Shown piece by piece: positions 9,271 through 19,037 of a stretch of 64,000 bases of DNA. The position numbers were made by a program, and so were the translations under genes. Within the stretch, counting starts at the first letter, position 1. Every line of letters starts with the position of its first letter. Origin of the DNA: Prochlorococcus sp. AG-679-M23 (lineage in GTDB: Bacteria; Cyanobacteriota; Cyanobacteriia; PCC-6307; Cyanobiaceae); contig QCUR01000001.1 of the NCBI GenBank assembly GCA_003208875.1, positions 64,001 through 128,000 of the forward strand, read 5' to 3'. The notes beneath the pieces are model-generated. The model was not told where the DNA came from. It made no database searches and was given only the letters and a program-made list of their open reading frames with translations.

Positions 9271-9612
9271 TTAACCAGGCGGCCAACTCATTTTTCTACC
9301 AGCTATGAAATGTATATGTAAATGAAATACGGTTTGTCCAGATTCTTCACCGGTATTGATAACAGTTCTCCAATTTTTTAATTTCTTAGATTTGGCAATA
9401 TTTTTTCCTATTAAAAGAAGATGTCCTAATAAATCTTTATCTTCTTCCATACACTCGCATAAACTGACTAATGGTTTTTTAGGAATTACTAAAAAGTGAA
9501 CTGGAGCTTGAGAGGCAATATCATTAAATGCTAAACAAAGCTCATCTTCATGAAGCTTTTCGCAGGGAATCTCACCATTTATTATTTTGCTAAAGATCGT
9601 AGTTTCAGCCAT
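9271..9612 (-). CDS. Histidine triad (HIT/HinT) nucleotide-binding protein
   Basis: TIFSKII, GQTVFHLHIH, C-terminal WPPG. Confidence 0.95.
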   Translation of the reverse strand: MAETTIFSKIINGEIPCEKLHEDELCLAFNDIASQAPVHFLVIPKKPLVSLCECMEEDKDLLGHLLLIGKNIAKSKKLKNWRTVINTGEESGQTVFHLHIHFIAGRKMSWPPG

Positions 9613-9632
9613 TGTTTTATTGAATAATTAAA

Positions 9633-10238
9633 TCAGTTGATTGGTATTACATCTTTTTGATGAAATCCTTCTTTGATGAGTTCTTTATTCAAATCTTCTT
9701 TTGAAGTAACTCTATCAACAAATAAAACTCCATTGAGATGATCCATTTCATGTTGAATGCATCTTGCTAAGAGTCCATCAGCTTTCATTTTTCTTGGCCT
9801 GCCCATTTCATCTCTAAATCTTAATTTAATTGTTGATGGTCTTACAACGTTTAAATAAACTCCTGGGATACTTAGACAACCCTCTTCATATGAATTTAAA
9901 GTTGTTCCATAATCAGTAATTTCTGGATTTATTAAAATTAATGGTTCAGCAGCAGCATCTTCAAAATTTACATCAATTACAAGTAGCTCTTTCTTGATTC
10001 CTATTTGCGGAGCAGCAAGTCCAATTCCTTTGGCTGCATACATACTTTGAAGCATGTCTTTAGCTAAATTTCTTATGGAATTATCAACTTTACTTATTCT
10101 TTTAGCATTTTCTCTCAATACATCATCACCAAGTTTATATATTTCTAGTGATGGAGTTCCTGTTTGTTCTTTAGATACCTTTTCTGTAGGACTGTTTGCT
10201 TTTGACTTTCTTGCTAGTTGTGAGAAATTGTTTGCCAC
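9633..10238 (-). CDS. def: Peptide deformylase
   Basis: GIGLAAPQIG, EGCLSIP, QHEMDHLNG. Confidence 0.98.
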   Translation of the reverse strand: MANNFSQLARKSKANSPTEKVSKEQTGTPSLEIYKLGDDVLRENAKRISKVDNSIRNLAKDMLQSMYAAKGIGLAAPQIGIKKELLVIDVNFEDAAAEPLILINPEITDYGTTLNSYEEGCLSIPGVYLNVVRPSTIKLRFRDEMGRPRKMKADGLLARCIQHEMDHLNGVLFVDRVTSKEDLNKELIKEGFHQKDVIPIN

Positions 10239-10317
10239 GGTAAAAAAAATTATTTACTCAACAGTTAAGCTATAAAAATATTAGCACTTTAAATACATCT
10301 TGAAATAAAATTTCTAA

Positions 10318-12246
10318 ATGAATAATTCTAAGAATTTAAAAATTAAGCAAATAGATAAAAAAAATATATCTTTTAAAGAGTTATCTCTTATTAAGAATAT
10401 AATCTTCTGGGTAGATATTATTCCTGGAGATCAAACACATAAAAATGCTATTTTTGCCAAGCCATTTAATGATAAAAATGCAATTCCACAGAAATTAACG
10501 GGCGATAATTTTTATATTAAAAGCAATTTTCATGGTTATGGGGGGAAATCATATCAATGTATAGAGGTGAATGATCAAATTTATTTGATATGGGTCGATC
10601 AACTTTCAAAAGCAATGTGGTTAAAAATTTTAAAAGTCCAAGAAAAAGTACCTAAAAAGGATAATGAATATCTGCTATGCGAAATGGAACCAAGACAACT
10701 GACTGAGTCAATAAAAACCAATTTTGATACTTCATTTGTTATTTCTAAAAACAATCTTTTATTCGGTTTATGTGAGATAAAACATAGAGATTATTTATTC
10801 TCATTAAATTTAAAAAAAACTAAACAAGAAATCCGCATAATAAAAAGATTTGATAATTTTGCGGGGAATTTATCTTCTAATATTTCAGCTGATTTATTTT
10901 CCTGGATAGAGTGGAATGCTGGCTCCATGCCTTGGGAAAGAAATGAGCTATTTTTTGCAATTATTGATAATAATGGAGAGATACAATACATAAAAAAATT
11001 TTCTAATAAATTTGTTAATGAAGAGAAAAATGTTTCTTTCTTTCAACCTTACTGGATAAGTGATACTACTTTAGTCTGTTCTGAAGATAGTTCAGGCTGG
11101 TGGAATTTATTATTTCTCGATTTAACTGATATTAAAAATATTATTCTAAAAAAAAGAATAATTAAACCTTTGACTGAGTATGGATCCCCTCAGTGGGTTT
11201 CTGGAATTTCATTTTTTTCTGGAAATATTGAAAATCTATTTTGTGTTGCAAAAAAAGATAATAGATGGGTACTAGAACATTATCAGAATTGTGAATGTAT
11301 TAAAGAATTTAAATTACCATTTTGTTCAATAGGTGATTTAGATGTTTGTGATCGAAAATTAGTTATTAGAGGTAGTAGTTTTGGTTCTTTCGACGAATTA
11401 TTTGAGTTTGATTTTGCAGAGAAAAGCCAAACTAAATTATTAAATGAGATATTCCTTGAGTCTATAAACGAATATTCAAGACCAGAATCTTTTTGGTTTA
11501 AAGGTTTTAATAATCAACCCACACATTCTTTTATTTATAAGCCTCTATTTGAAAGATTTATTAAGTCACCATTAATCGTTAAGGCACATAGTGGCCCTAC
11601 TGCTTGCTTTGATGGGTCTTTCAATTCGGAAGTGCAGTATTGGACTTCGATAGGATTTACAGTTGCGGAAGTGAATTATGGTGGTTCCTCGGGTTTTGGA
11701 AGAGAGTACAGGGAGAGATTAAATTATAAATGGGGCATTCTTGATTCATATGATTGTAAAGTATTGGTACTTGATTTAATTAGGTTAAATATAGTTGATA
11801 GCACCAAAGTCGCAATTTTAGGCAATAGTGCTGGTGGTCTAACTGCAATTAATGCTTTATGTGAAGGTGATTTGTTTAAAGTAGCGATTTGTAAATATCC
11901 TGTTTTGGATTTAAACGATATGCATCAACAAACTCATAGATTTGAGAAAGGTTATTTAAATTCTCTTATAGGTAGATATTCAAAATTTCAAAATGAGTAT
12001 CAACTTCGATCACCAATTTTTAAAATTAATCAATTAAAAAAACCAGTTTTATTATTTCATGGAAAAAAAGATTTAGTTATTTCATATAAAAAAACCCTGC
12101 AAATCAAAGAAAAACTTCTTAAAAATAATAAAAATTCAGAAGTCATAATTTATGAAAATGAAGGTCATGGTTTTAAAAATACTAATAATAAAAAACAAGT
12201 TCTTATTAAAACTCAGGAGTTTTTAGAGAAAACTTTAAATATTTAA
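10318..12246 (+). CDS. S9 family peptidase (prolyl oligopeptidase/dipeptidyl aminopeptidase-like)
   Basis: HSGP, GNSAGG nucleophile, HGKKD, EGHGF. Confidence 0.9.
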   Translation: MNNSKNLKIKQIDKKNISFKELSLIKNIIFWVDIIPGDQTHKNAIFAKPFNDKNAIPQKLTGDNFYIKSNFHGYGGKSYQCIEVNDQIYLIWVDQLSKAMWLKILKVQEKVPKKDNEYLLCEMEPRQLTESIKTNFDTSFVISKNNLLFGLCEIKHRDYLFSLNLKKTKQEIRIIKRFDNFAGNLSSNISADLFSWIEWNAGSMPWERNELFFAIIDNNGEIQYIKKFSNKFVNEEKNVSFFQPYWISDTTLVCSEDSSGWWNLLFLDLTDIKNIILKKRIIKPLTEYGSPQWVSGISFFSGNIENLFCVAKKDNRWVLEHYQNCECIKEFKLPFCSIGDLDVCDRKLVIRGSSFGSFDELFEFDFAEKSQTKLLNEIFLESINEYSRPESFWFKGFNNQPTHSFIYKPLFERFIKSPLIVKAHSGPTACFDGSFNSEVQYWTSIGFTVAEVNYGGSSGFGREYRERLNYKWGILDSYDCKVLVLDLIRLNIVDSTKVAILGNSAGGLTAINALCEGDLFKVAICKYPVLDLNDMHQQTHRFEKGYLNSLIGRYSKFQNEYQLRSPIFKINQLKKPVLLFHGKKDLVISYKKTLQIKEKLLKNNKNSEVIIYENEGHGFKNTNNKKQVLIKTQEFLEKTLNI

Positions 12247-13520
12247 GAATTTAGTTTTAAAAAACTAATAGTTTCCTTAAGTTTTTCGATAAAAGTATTT
12301 ATATCTTCTTTGGTAGTTGTGAAATTCATACTAACTCTAGCTGTTGAATTTATTCCGATATGTCTATGCAGAGGTTGACAACAGTGATGTCCACTTCTTA
12401 TACAAATACCTTTAGAATCAAGAATTTCAGCGATATCGTTCGAATGTATTTCTTTAACATAAAATGTTGCTAATGATGCCCTGTTAGGATCTATTCTCGG
12501 AGAAGGACCTATTATTTCAAGATCCTCTATTTGATTTAATTTTTTAAATAAATATTTTGTAATCTCCTTTTCATATTCACGGATTCGATCTAACCCTATA
12601 TTGTTAATGTAATTAATCGCGGCAGCTAATCCTATTGCTTCAGCAATAGCTGGAGTACCAGCTTCAAATTTATGAGGGAGTTCAGCCCAAGTACTTTTCT
12701 CTTCAAAAACATCTTGAATCATCTCACCACCACCAAAAAAAGGAGGAATTTTTTCTAAAATTTCTTTTCTGGACCATAAGAAACCTATGCCTGTTGGACC
12801 ACATAGTTTATGTCCTGAACCGGCTAAAAAATCTATACCTAGTTCATGAATATCTAACTTTTGATGGGCTAAACTTTGACAAGCATCAAGCAGAACTAAA
12901 GAACCCTTATCCTTAGCTAATTTAGTTATTTCTTTTATTGGATTACAGCACCCCAAAGTGTTGCTTATATGTAATAAGCTTACTATTTTTGTTTTCGTTG
13001 TTAATTTTGACTTGAAATCATTTATATCTAATTTTCCGTCTTGATCTATGCCCACAAATTTCAGTTTACATTTGTTTTTTGCAGCTACCATTTGCCAAGG
13101 AACAATATTACTGTGATGCTCCATTATTGATAGAAGAATTTCATCATTCTTTTTTAAAGTAAATTCTCCCCATGATCTGGCAACCAGATTTATAGCTTCA
13201 GTTGCATTTCTTGTAAAAATTATTTCCTTTGTTGAATAAGCATTAATATATTTTGCAATTAAAGATCTTGAATTTTCAAACTCTTCTGTTGCTTTTGCAC
13301 TTAATTGATGAGCTCCTCTATGAACATTTGCATTGAAATTCTTATAGTATTCATCAATTTTTTTAAGAACTTGGATTGGTTTTTGGGTTGTTGCAGCATG
13401 ATCTAGATAAATAATTGTATTTTTGCTTTTGAAACTATTTTCTAATAAAGGAAAGTCTTTTTTATCTATTAAAGGCAGGTTTTTTTTATCAATTCTCGGG
13501 AAATTTTTAATTGTTTCCAT
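12243..13520 (-). CDS. sufS: Cysteine desulfurase SufS
   Basis: YLDHAATTQKP, SGHKLCGPTG, RSGHHC. Confidence 0.96.
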   Translation of the reverse strand: METIKNFPRIDKKNLPLIDKKDFPLLENSFKSKNTIIYLDHAATTQKPIQVLKKIDEYYKNFNANVHRGAHQLSAKATEEFENSRSLIAKYINAYSTKEIIFTRNATEAINLVARSWGEFTLKKNDEILLSIMEHHSNIVPWQMVAAKNKCKLKFVGIDQDGKLDINDFKSKLTTKTKIVSLLHISNTLGCCNPIKEITKLAKDKGSLVLLDACQSLAHQKLDIHELGIDFLAGSGHKLCGPTGIGFLWSRKEILEKIPPFFGGGEMIQDVFEEKSTWAELPHKFEAGTPAIAEAIGLAAAINYINNIGLDRIREYEKEITKYLFKKLNQIEDLEIIGPSPRIDPNRASLATFYVKEIHSNDIAEILDSKGICIRSGHHCCQPLHRHIGINSTARVSMNFTTTKEDINTFIEKLKETISFLKLNS

Positions 13521-14737
13521 TAATTTTCTTTTAAAATTTTATCAAGCAAATCCCATCTCTCTTTTGAAATAGGAATACTTGAAATAATTTCTTGTATATA
13601 AGAACTTAATTGTAGTTTACTTGCTTCTGCTAACGTGAGTCCTCTTGATCTCATATAGAAAAGTTCTTCTTCGTTTAATTGTGAAATGGTTGCACCATGT
13701 TTGCATTTTACATCGTCAGCAATTATTTCTAATTGAGGTTTAGTGTCTATTTTTGCATGTCTCGATAAAAGTAGATTCCTACTTAATTGTGACGCATCGG
13801 TCTTTTGCGCAATTTTTGGAACAATGATGGAACCTTCAAAGACTGCATGTGATTTATCATCTGCCAAGGATTTATTAATTTGATCTAAAAATCCATTAGG
13901 ACCGTTAAATTGAATTTTTGTATAAGTAGCTATTTGGTCATTATTTTTTGTTATTTGAATTCCTTTTAAATTTGTTTTAGCATTTCCATCTAATTGATTA
14001 ATACGGATTTCAAATCTTGCATAATTAAATTTAAAATGAAGTGATCCTAGGCTGTACTCACTGTTGGTCTTTTGAATTACATTTAAAGAATTTAATAAAT
14101 TAGATTTGCTTTCTCCATAGGAAACTACACCATGATTAACCGAAGTATTTTCTTCTAGACACAAATAAGTTGATTGAGATAGTGAGGAATTTTTGTTTCC
14201 GAGATTAATTTGTATTAGATCGACCTTAGTATTCTTTTCAAAGAATAAAATAAGTGTTTTAGCATTAAAAGAGTCGGGTGAGGAAGCACTAAATATCTCA
14301 AGAGGAGGAATTTTATTACCAGAAATATTTAAACCTAAGATGTTTTCTTTAGAACTTAAACAATGATTTAGTAAGTCACTCCAATGATCATTTTGATCAG
14401 AATTAGATATGTTTTTTTTTATATAGTCTACTATTTCGATCTCTTTTAATTTTTTTATTGAATAGTTTTCTTTTTCTAAATTAATTGAGTTATTCTCTCC
14501 GATAATCAGTCTAATTATATTTTGAGAGGCTTTTTTATATGGGAGATTAACTTTAGATTCTTTATTCTTACTTGAATGGTCTAAAAAACTTGAAAATTTA
14601 GATTTATTTGAAAGTCTCCAGTATTCACTTTTGATATTTGGTAATGGATTTGATTTTAATTTATCAAGACAAATTTTTTGTATTTCAGATGGATTACTAA
14701 TTAATTCATTCTTTTTGATTTCTTCAATAATTTGCAT
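13520..14737 (-). CDS. sufD: Fe-S cluster assembly protein SufD
   Basis: KPQLEIIADDVKCKHGAT, LFYMRSRG; position in suf operon. Confidence 0.94.
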   Translation of the reverse strand: MQIIEEIKKNELISNPSEIQKICLDKLKSNPLPNIKSEYWRLSNKSKFSSFLDHSSKNKESKVNLPYKKASQNIIRLIIGENNSINLEKENYSIKKLKEIEIVDYIKKNISNSDQNDHWSDLLNHCLSSKENILGLNISGNKIPPLEIFSASSPDSFNAKTLILFFEKNTKVDLIQINLGNKNSSLSQSTYLCLEENTSVNHGVVSYGESKSNLLNSLNVIQKTNSEYSLGSLHFKFNYARFEIRINQLDGNAKTNLKGIQITKNNDQIATYTKIQFNGPNGFLDQINKSLADDKSHAVFEGSIIVPKIAQKTDASQLSRNLLLSRHAKIDTKPQLEIIADDVKCKHGATISQLNEEELFYMRSRGLTLAEASKLQLSSYIQEIISSIPISKERWDLLDKILKEN

Positions 14738-14741
14738 TGAT

Positions 14742-15527
14742 TTATTGCTCTTTTATAAAATTATCAGTCCATTCATATCCATTTTTTTCAAGTTCTAGGG
14801 CAAGATCACTGTCTCCAGTTTTTATTATTTGACCGTCTGCCATTACATGTACATAATCGGGCTGTATCTCGTCTAATAATCTCTGATAGTGAGTGATTAA
14901 TATAATTCCGGTTTGTTCATTAGATATCTTCTTAATACCTGAGGCAACTATCCTAAGTGCATCAATATCTAAACCTGAGTCAGTTTCATCCAAAATTGCA
15001 ATTTTTGGTTCTAATAATGCCATTTGTAATATTTCATTCCTTTTCTTTTCTCCACCTGAAAATCCTTGATTAATACTTCTCGATAAAAAAGCAGAATCCA
15101 TTTTGACTAAGTCTAGTTTTTCTTTTACTAAGTCTTCAAAATCAAAAGTATCAAGTTCTTCTTTATTAAGAAATTTTCTTCTTGCATTTGTCGCAACTCT
15201 AAGAAATTCTAGATTACTTACTCCTGGAATTTCAATCGGATATTGAAAACCTAGAAAAATACCAGATTGAGCTCTCTCTTCTGGCTCTAAAGATTGAATA
15301 TCGTTTCCAGTAAATTTTATTTCACCTTTAGTTATTTTGTATGATGGATGACCCGCAATGATCTTGGAAAGAGTACTTTTGCCACATCCATTTCTTCCCA
15401 TGATTGCGTGAATTTCGCCAGGATTAACTGAAATGGTAACACCTTTTAAAATAGGAAGATTTTCTATAGATGCAAAAAGATTATTTACTTCTAATATTGG
15501 ATCTAGTTCTTTCGTTTTGCTTTGCAT
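14742..15527 (-). CDS. sufC: Fe-S cluster assembly ATPase SufC
   Basis: [29 protein letters not shown]. Confidence 0.97.
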   Translation of the reverse strand: MQSKTKELDPILEVNNLFASIENLPILKGVTISVNPGEIHAIMGRNGCGKSTLSKIIAGHPSYKITKGEIKFTGNDIQSLEPEERAQSGIFLGFQYPIEIPGVSNLEFLRVATNARRKFLNKEELDTFDFEDLVKEKLDLVKMDSAFLSRSINQGFSGGEKKRNEILQMALLEPKIAILDETDSGLDIDALRIVASGIKKISNEQTGIILITHYQRLLDEIQPDYVHVMADGQIIKTGDSDLALELEKNGYEWTDNFIKEQ

Positions 15528-15548
15528 CGCACTTTAGAGATTAATTGA

Positions 15549-16991
15549 TTATCCAACGGAACCTTCTAATTTGAGGGCAAGGAGCTTATCTGCTTCAGCC
15601 GCAAATTCCATTGGTAGTTGATTGAATACATCTCTACAAAAGCCACTTACCATCATTGATACAGCCTCTTCAAATTCAATACCTCTGCTTTGTAAATAAA
15701 AAAGTTGATCTTCAGAAATTCTACATGTACTTGCTTCATGCTCAATTTCTGAATTTGGTTGTTGAGATTGAATATAAGGAAATGTATTCGCAGCAGCTTG
15801 ATCGCCTATTAACATTGAATCACATTGACTATAGTTTCTTGATCCAGAAGCTTTTGAACCCATTTTCACTAGACCTCTGTAACTATTAACCGAATTACCA
15901 GCACTAATACCTTTACTAACTATTGTTGATTTAGTTCTTGGACCGATGTGAATCATTTTTGTACCTGTATCGGCTTGTTGAAGGTTATTAGTAAGAGCTA
16001 CAGAATAAAATTCCCCTACCGATTCTTCTCCTAAAAGAAGACAGCTAGGATATTTCCATGTTATGGCAGATCCTGTTTCAACTTGGGACCAACTTATTTT
16101 ACTTCTCTTACCTAAACATTTTCCCCTTTTGGTGACAAAATTAAAAATTCCTCCAACTCCCTCTTCGTTTCCAGCATACCAATTTTGTACTGTTGAATAT
16201 TTAATTGAGGCATCGTCTAAGGCAATAAGTTCTACTACCGCCGCGTGCAAAGTATTGGTATCAAACATTGGAGCTGTACATCCTTCAAGATAGCTGACGG
16301 AGCTATATTCTTCTGCGATGATTAGAGTTCTTTCAAACTGACCAGAATCCCCACTATTGATCCTAAAATAGGATGAAAGATCCATCGGACATTTAACCCC
16401 TTTTGGGATGTAAACGAATGAACCATCACTAAAAACAGCAGAGTTTAATGCAGCAAAGTAATTATCATTTGCCGGTACTACAGAACCTAAATATTTTTCT
16501 ATTAAATGTGAGTAATTTTTGACTGCTTCACTTATCGAACAAAATATTACTCCATGCTCGGCAAGTTCTTTTCTGAAGGTTGTTGCAATTGATACACTAT
16601 CAAATACTGCATCAACTGCAACGTTTGTAAGTTTTTTTTGTTCAGTAAGAGGAATTCCTAATTTATCAAAAGTTTCTAGGAGCTTGGGATCAACTTCATC
16701 TAAGCTAGAGATTTTTTCTTTTTGTTTGGGTGCAGAATAGTAAATTATATCTTGATAATCAATCTTTTTGTAACCTAGATCTGCCCAGTTAGGCTCCTTC
16801 ATTTTTTGCCATTTCCTAAAGGCATTAAGTCTAAAATTAAGAAGATATTCAGGCTCTCCTTTTTTTTCTGAAATTAATCGAATTGTATCTTCATTTAGCC
16901 CTTTGGAAATCTTTTCAGTTTCGATATCGGTAACGAAACCATATTTGTATGGTTCAGATACGACATCTTTAACTAAATTTTCACTTACCAT
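15549..16991 (-). CDS. sufB: Fe-S cluster assembly protein SufB
   Basis: [24 protein letters not shown]-terminal LEGSVG. Confidence 0.98.
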   Translation of the reverse strand: MVSENLVKDVVSEPYKYGFVTDIETEKISKGLNEDTIRLISEKKGEPEYLLNFRLNAFRKWQKMKEPNWADLGYKKIDYQDIIYYSAPKQKEKISSLDEVDPKLLETFDKLGIPLTEQKKLTNVAVDAVFDSVSIATTFRKELAEHGVIFCSISEAVKNYSHLIEKYLGSVVPANDNYFAALNSAVFSDGSFVYIPKGVKCPMDLSSYFRINSGDSGQFERTLIIAEEYSSVSYLEGCTAPMFDTNTLHAAVVELIALDDASIKYSTVQNWYAGNEEGVGGIFNFVTKRGKCLGKRSKISWSQVETGSAITWKYPSCLLLGEESVGEFYSVALTNNLQQADTGTKMIHIGPRTKSTIVSKGISAGNSVNSYRGLVKMGSKASGSRNYSQCDSMLIGDQAAANTFPYIQSQQPNSEIEHEASTCRISEDQLFYLQSRGIEFEEAVSMMVSGFCRDVFNQLPMEFAAEADKLLALKLEGSVG

Positions 16992-17087
16992 AATTTCTAT
17001 AAATTAATCTATTACAATTAGTTTTCTATACTTTAGCTATATATGTGCCCAATATTGAGTTTTTATCCTTAATTAAATCAAAAATTA

Positions 17088-17450
17088 ATGTCTAATCAAA
17101 CAAATTCTTTTCCAAGTCCGTTAAGCGATGAGATCGCGAAAAATATAGATCAACTGAATTTGCCCATAATCAAAAAGCACCATGTCAGATTGCTTGCTCA
17201 CTGTCTTGAAATCTTCAAAGAAATAGGAAAAGATGAAAAATCCCTATTTGAAGAAGATGAACTCCTTAAAAAATGGTGTGAAAAAAAATCCCAAAAGTTC
17301 AATGATAAAAATTTCAATCAACTTTTTTATGAACAAATGTCTCTTGCTGCTAAAAAAATAAACTTTTTTTCTAAAAGTATTAAAAAAAATTTCAAAGAAT
17401 TGGAACTTGACGATTTAATCAGTTTAGTTGAACAAAATCAGGAAAATTAA
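17088..17450 (+). CDS. Conserved hypothetical protein, divergent from sufB
   Basis: 120-aa ORF with KHHVRLLAHCLE motif. Confidence 0.75.
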   Translation: MSNQTNSFPSPLSDEIAKNIDQLNLPIIKKHHVRLLAHCLEIFKEIGKDEKSLFEEDELLKKWCEKKSQKFNDKNFNQLFYEQMSLAAKKINFFSKSIKKNFKELELDDLISLVEQNQEN

Positions 17451-17714
17451 TATGAAGTGATCCCGAAGAAAAAATATATTTTTGTTGAGTTCTTAACAAT
17501 TCAAGGTAATAAAATTTAAAAAAATAGAAAATTAATTTACAAGTTATAGATTTCTAGATTTCTTAAAAATTCAATTATACCAGTTATTTATAAGAAAATT
17601 GTAAAATTTAGAAACTTGGAAGTAGTCAGAAGATCCTGACGACTGCCTCTAATGTCACCCAAACTGCAAAAAAAAAGAACATACTGATCCCATGCAATTT
17701 ATGGAGTTTTAAAA

Positions 17715-18821
17715 GTGGTTGATGGGATCAAGAATAAAGAATATTTACTTAGTCTAACCCTCAGACAACTGCGACAAGAAGCTAGTAAATTATCTGTCCC
17801 TTTATACAGTAGAAAGACAAAAGCTGTACTCATTGATCTCATTCATAAATATCAACAAAATTCTTCTAAAACCTACAATAAAACCTTACCAAAAAACTCT
17901 TCTCCAAAAATCTCTAATCTTTCTTCTCAATCAGCAAAAGAAGAAGTTTATACAAAACTAGTATTTTTGCCTAGAGACCCTGAATGGGCATATGTATTTT
18001 GGCAAATTTCAGAAAGTGATAGAGATAAAGCTCAGTCTTTAGGTGCTAATAAATTATGTCTACGTTTATATGACGCTTCAGGTATTGGTGAAGGGAATCT
18101 AAATCAAGGTACTTTAAGAGAAATTGCTGTAGATAGTCATAGTACCGAATGGTATTTGCCCATTCCTCTAGCGGATAGGGATTATAAGGTTGAATTGGGT
18201 TACAAATATGGCTTTAAATGGATGTCATTAGCTTTTTCCTCTGTAAGTCATGTACCAGGTACACAACCTTCAGAGCAGATTTTAGATAAATTTGTTCCTT
18301 TTAACTTAGACACTCCTTCATCATCTGAGCCTCCTTCGATTTTGAAAAGCCCAAAGGTACAAGAAGCTAATGGTTTGCATGAGCGCTTATACCAAGCAGC
18401 AACAAGTTTTCCTACAAGAAGAAAAGTAGGTTCTGAAGAATTCATGGAAAACATGAATTCAAAAAATTTAAACTCAAATCTCACTGATTCTGGTGCAGGA
18501 CAATGGTCTTCAGGCTTAAATGAATCTGGTAGTGGAATAGTTAAAAATAAATCTTTTTGGTTAGTTGCTGATTCGGAATTAATTGTTTATGGAGCAACAG
18601 ATCCATCTGCCAAATTAACTATTGGTGAAGAAGAAGTTCCTTTGGCTGCAGATGGTACTTTTAGGCTTCAAGTTCCTTTTAGGGATGGCTCTCAAAAATA
18701 CGAAATTAAAGCTGTTGATGCTTCTGGTGATCAAGAAAAAAGTATTACAATGAAATTCGATAGATTTACTCCTCTTGACGATACAAACGATAAAGATAAT
18801 GCTGAGACAGAATGGTTTTAA
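17715..18821 (+). CDS. DUF4912 domain protein with N-terminal Rho-termination-factor-N-like motif
   Basis: LTLRQLRQEASKLSVPLYSRKTK; FLPRDPEWAYVFW; FWLVADSELIVYGAT. Confidence 0.85.
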   Translation: MVDGIKNKEYLLSLTLRQLRQEASKLSVPLYSRKTKAVLIDLIHKYQQNSSKTYNKTLPKNSSPKISNLSSQSAKEEVYTKLVFLPRDPEWAYVFWQISESDRDKAQSLGANKLCLRLYDASGIGEGNLNQGTLREIAVDSHSTEWYLPIPLADRDYKVELGYKYGFKWMSLAFSSVSHVPGTQPSEQILDKFVPFNLDTPSSSEPPSILKSPKVQEANGLHERLYQAATSFPTRRKVGSEEFMENMNSKNLNSNLTDSGAGQWSSGLNESGSGIVKNKSFWLVADSELIVYGATDPSAKLTIGEEEVPLAADGTFRLQVPFRDGSQKYEIKAVDASGDQEKSITMKFDRFTPLDDTNDKDNAETEWF

Positions 18822-18833
18822 ATAAATAAATTA

Positions 18834-19004
18834 ATGCTAAAAAAATTTGTTGCTCTTACCCCTTTATTTGGAGCTTTAACTTTCCCTTTGATAGTTCCTA
18901 TTACAATTTCTAAATTTGGAGTCAATTATGGAATTCTAAGTGCATTAGTTGTTTCCTCCTTATGGTTTATCGCTATGTTAAGAACATCCGAAATGCCCCA
19001 TTAA
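18834..19004 (+). CDS. Small two-helix membrane protein (56 aa), missed by ORF track
   Basis: Hand translation MLKKFVALTPLFGALTFPLIVPITISKFGVNYGILSALVVSSLWFIAMLRTSEMPH; fills the gap between DUF4912 gene and pgm. Confidence 0.75.
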   Translation: MLKKFVALTPLFGALTFPLIVPITISKFGVNYGILSALVVSSLWFIAMLRTSEMPH

Positions 19005-19037
19005 TTTAGTTAGATTTTTCTAAGTTTTATAGAATTT

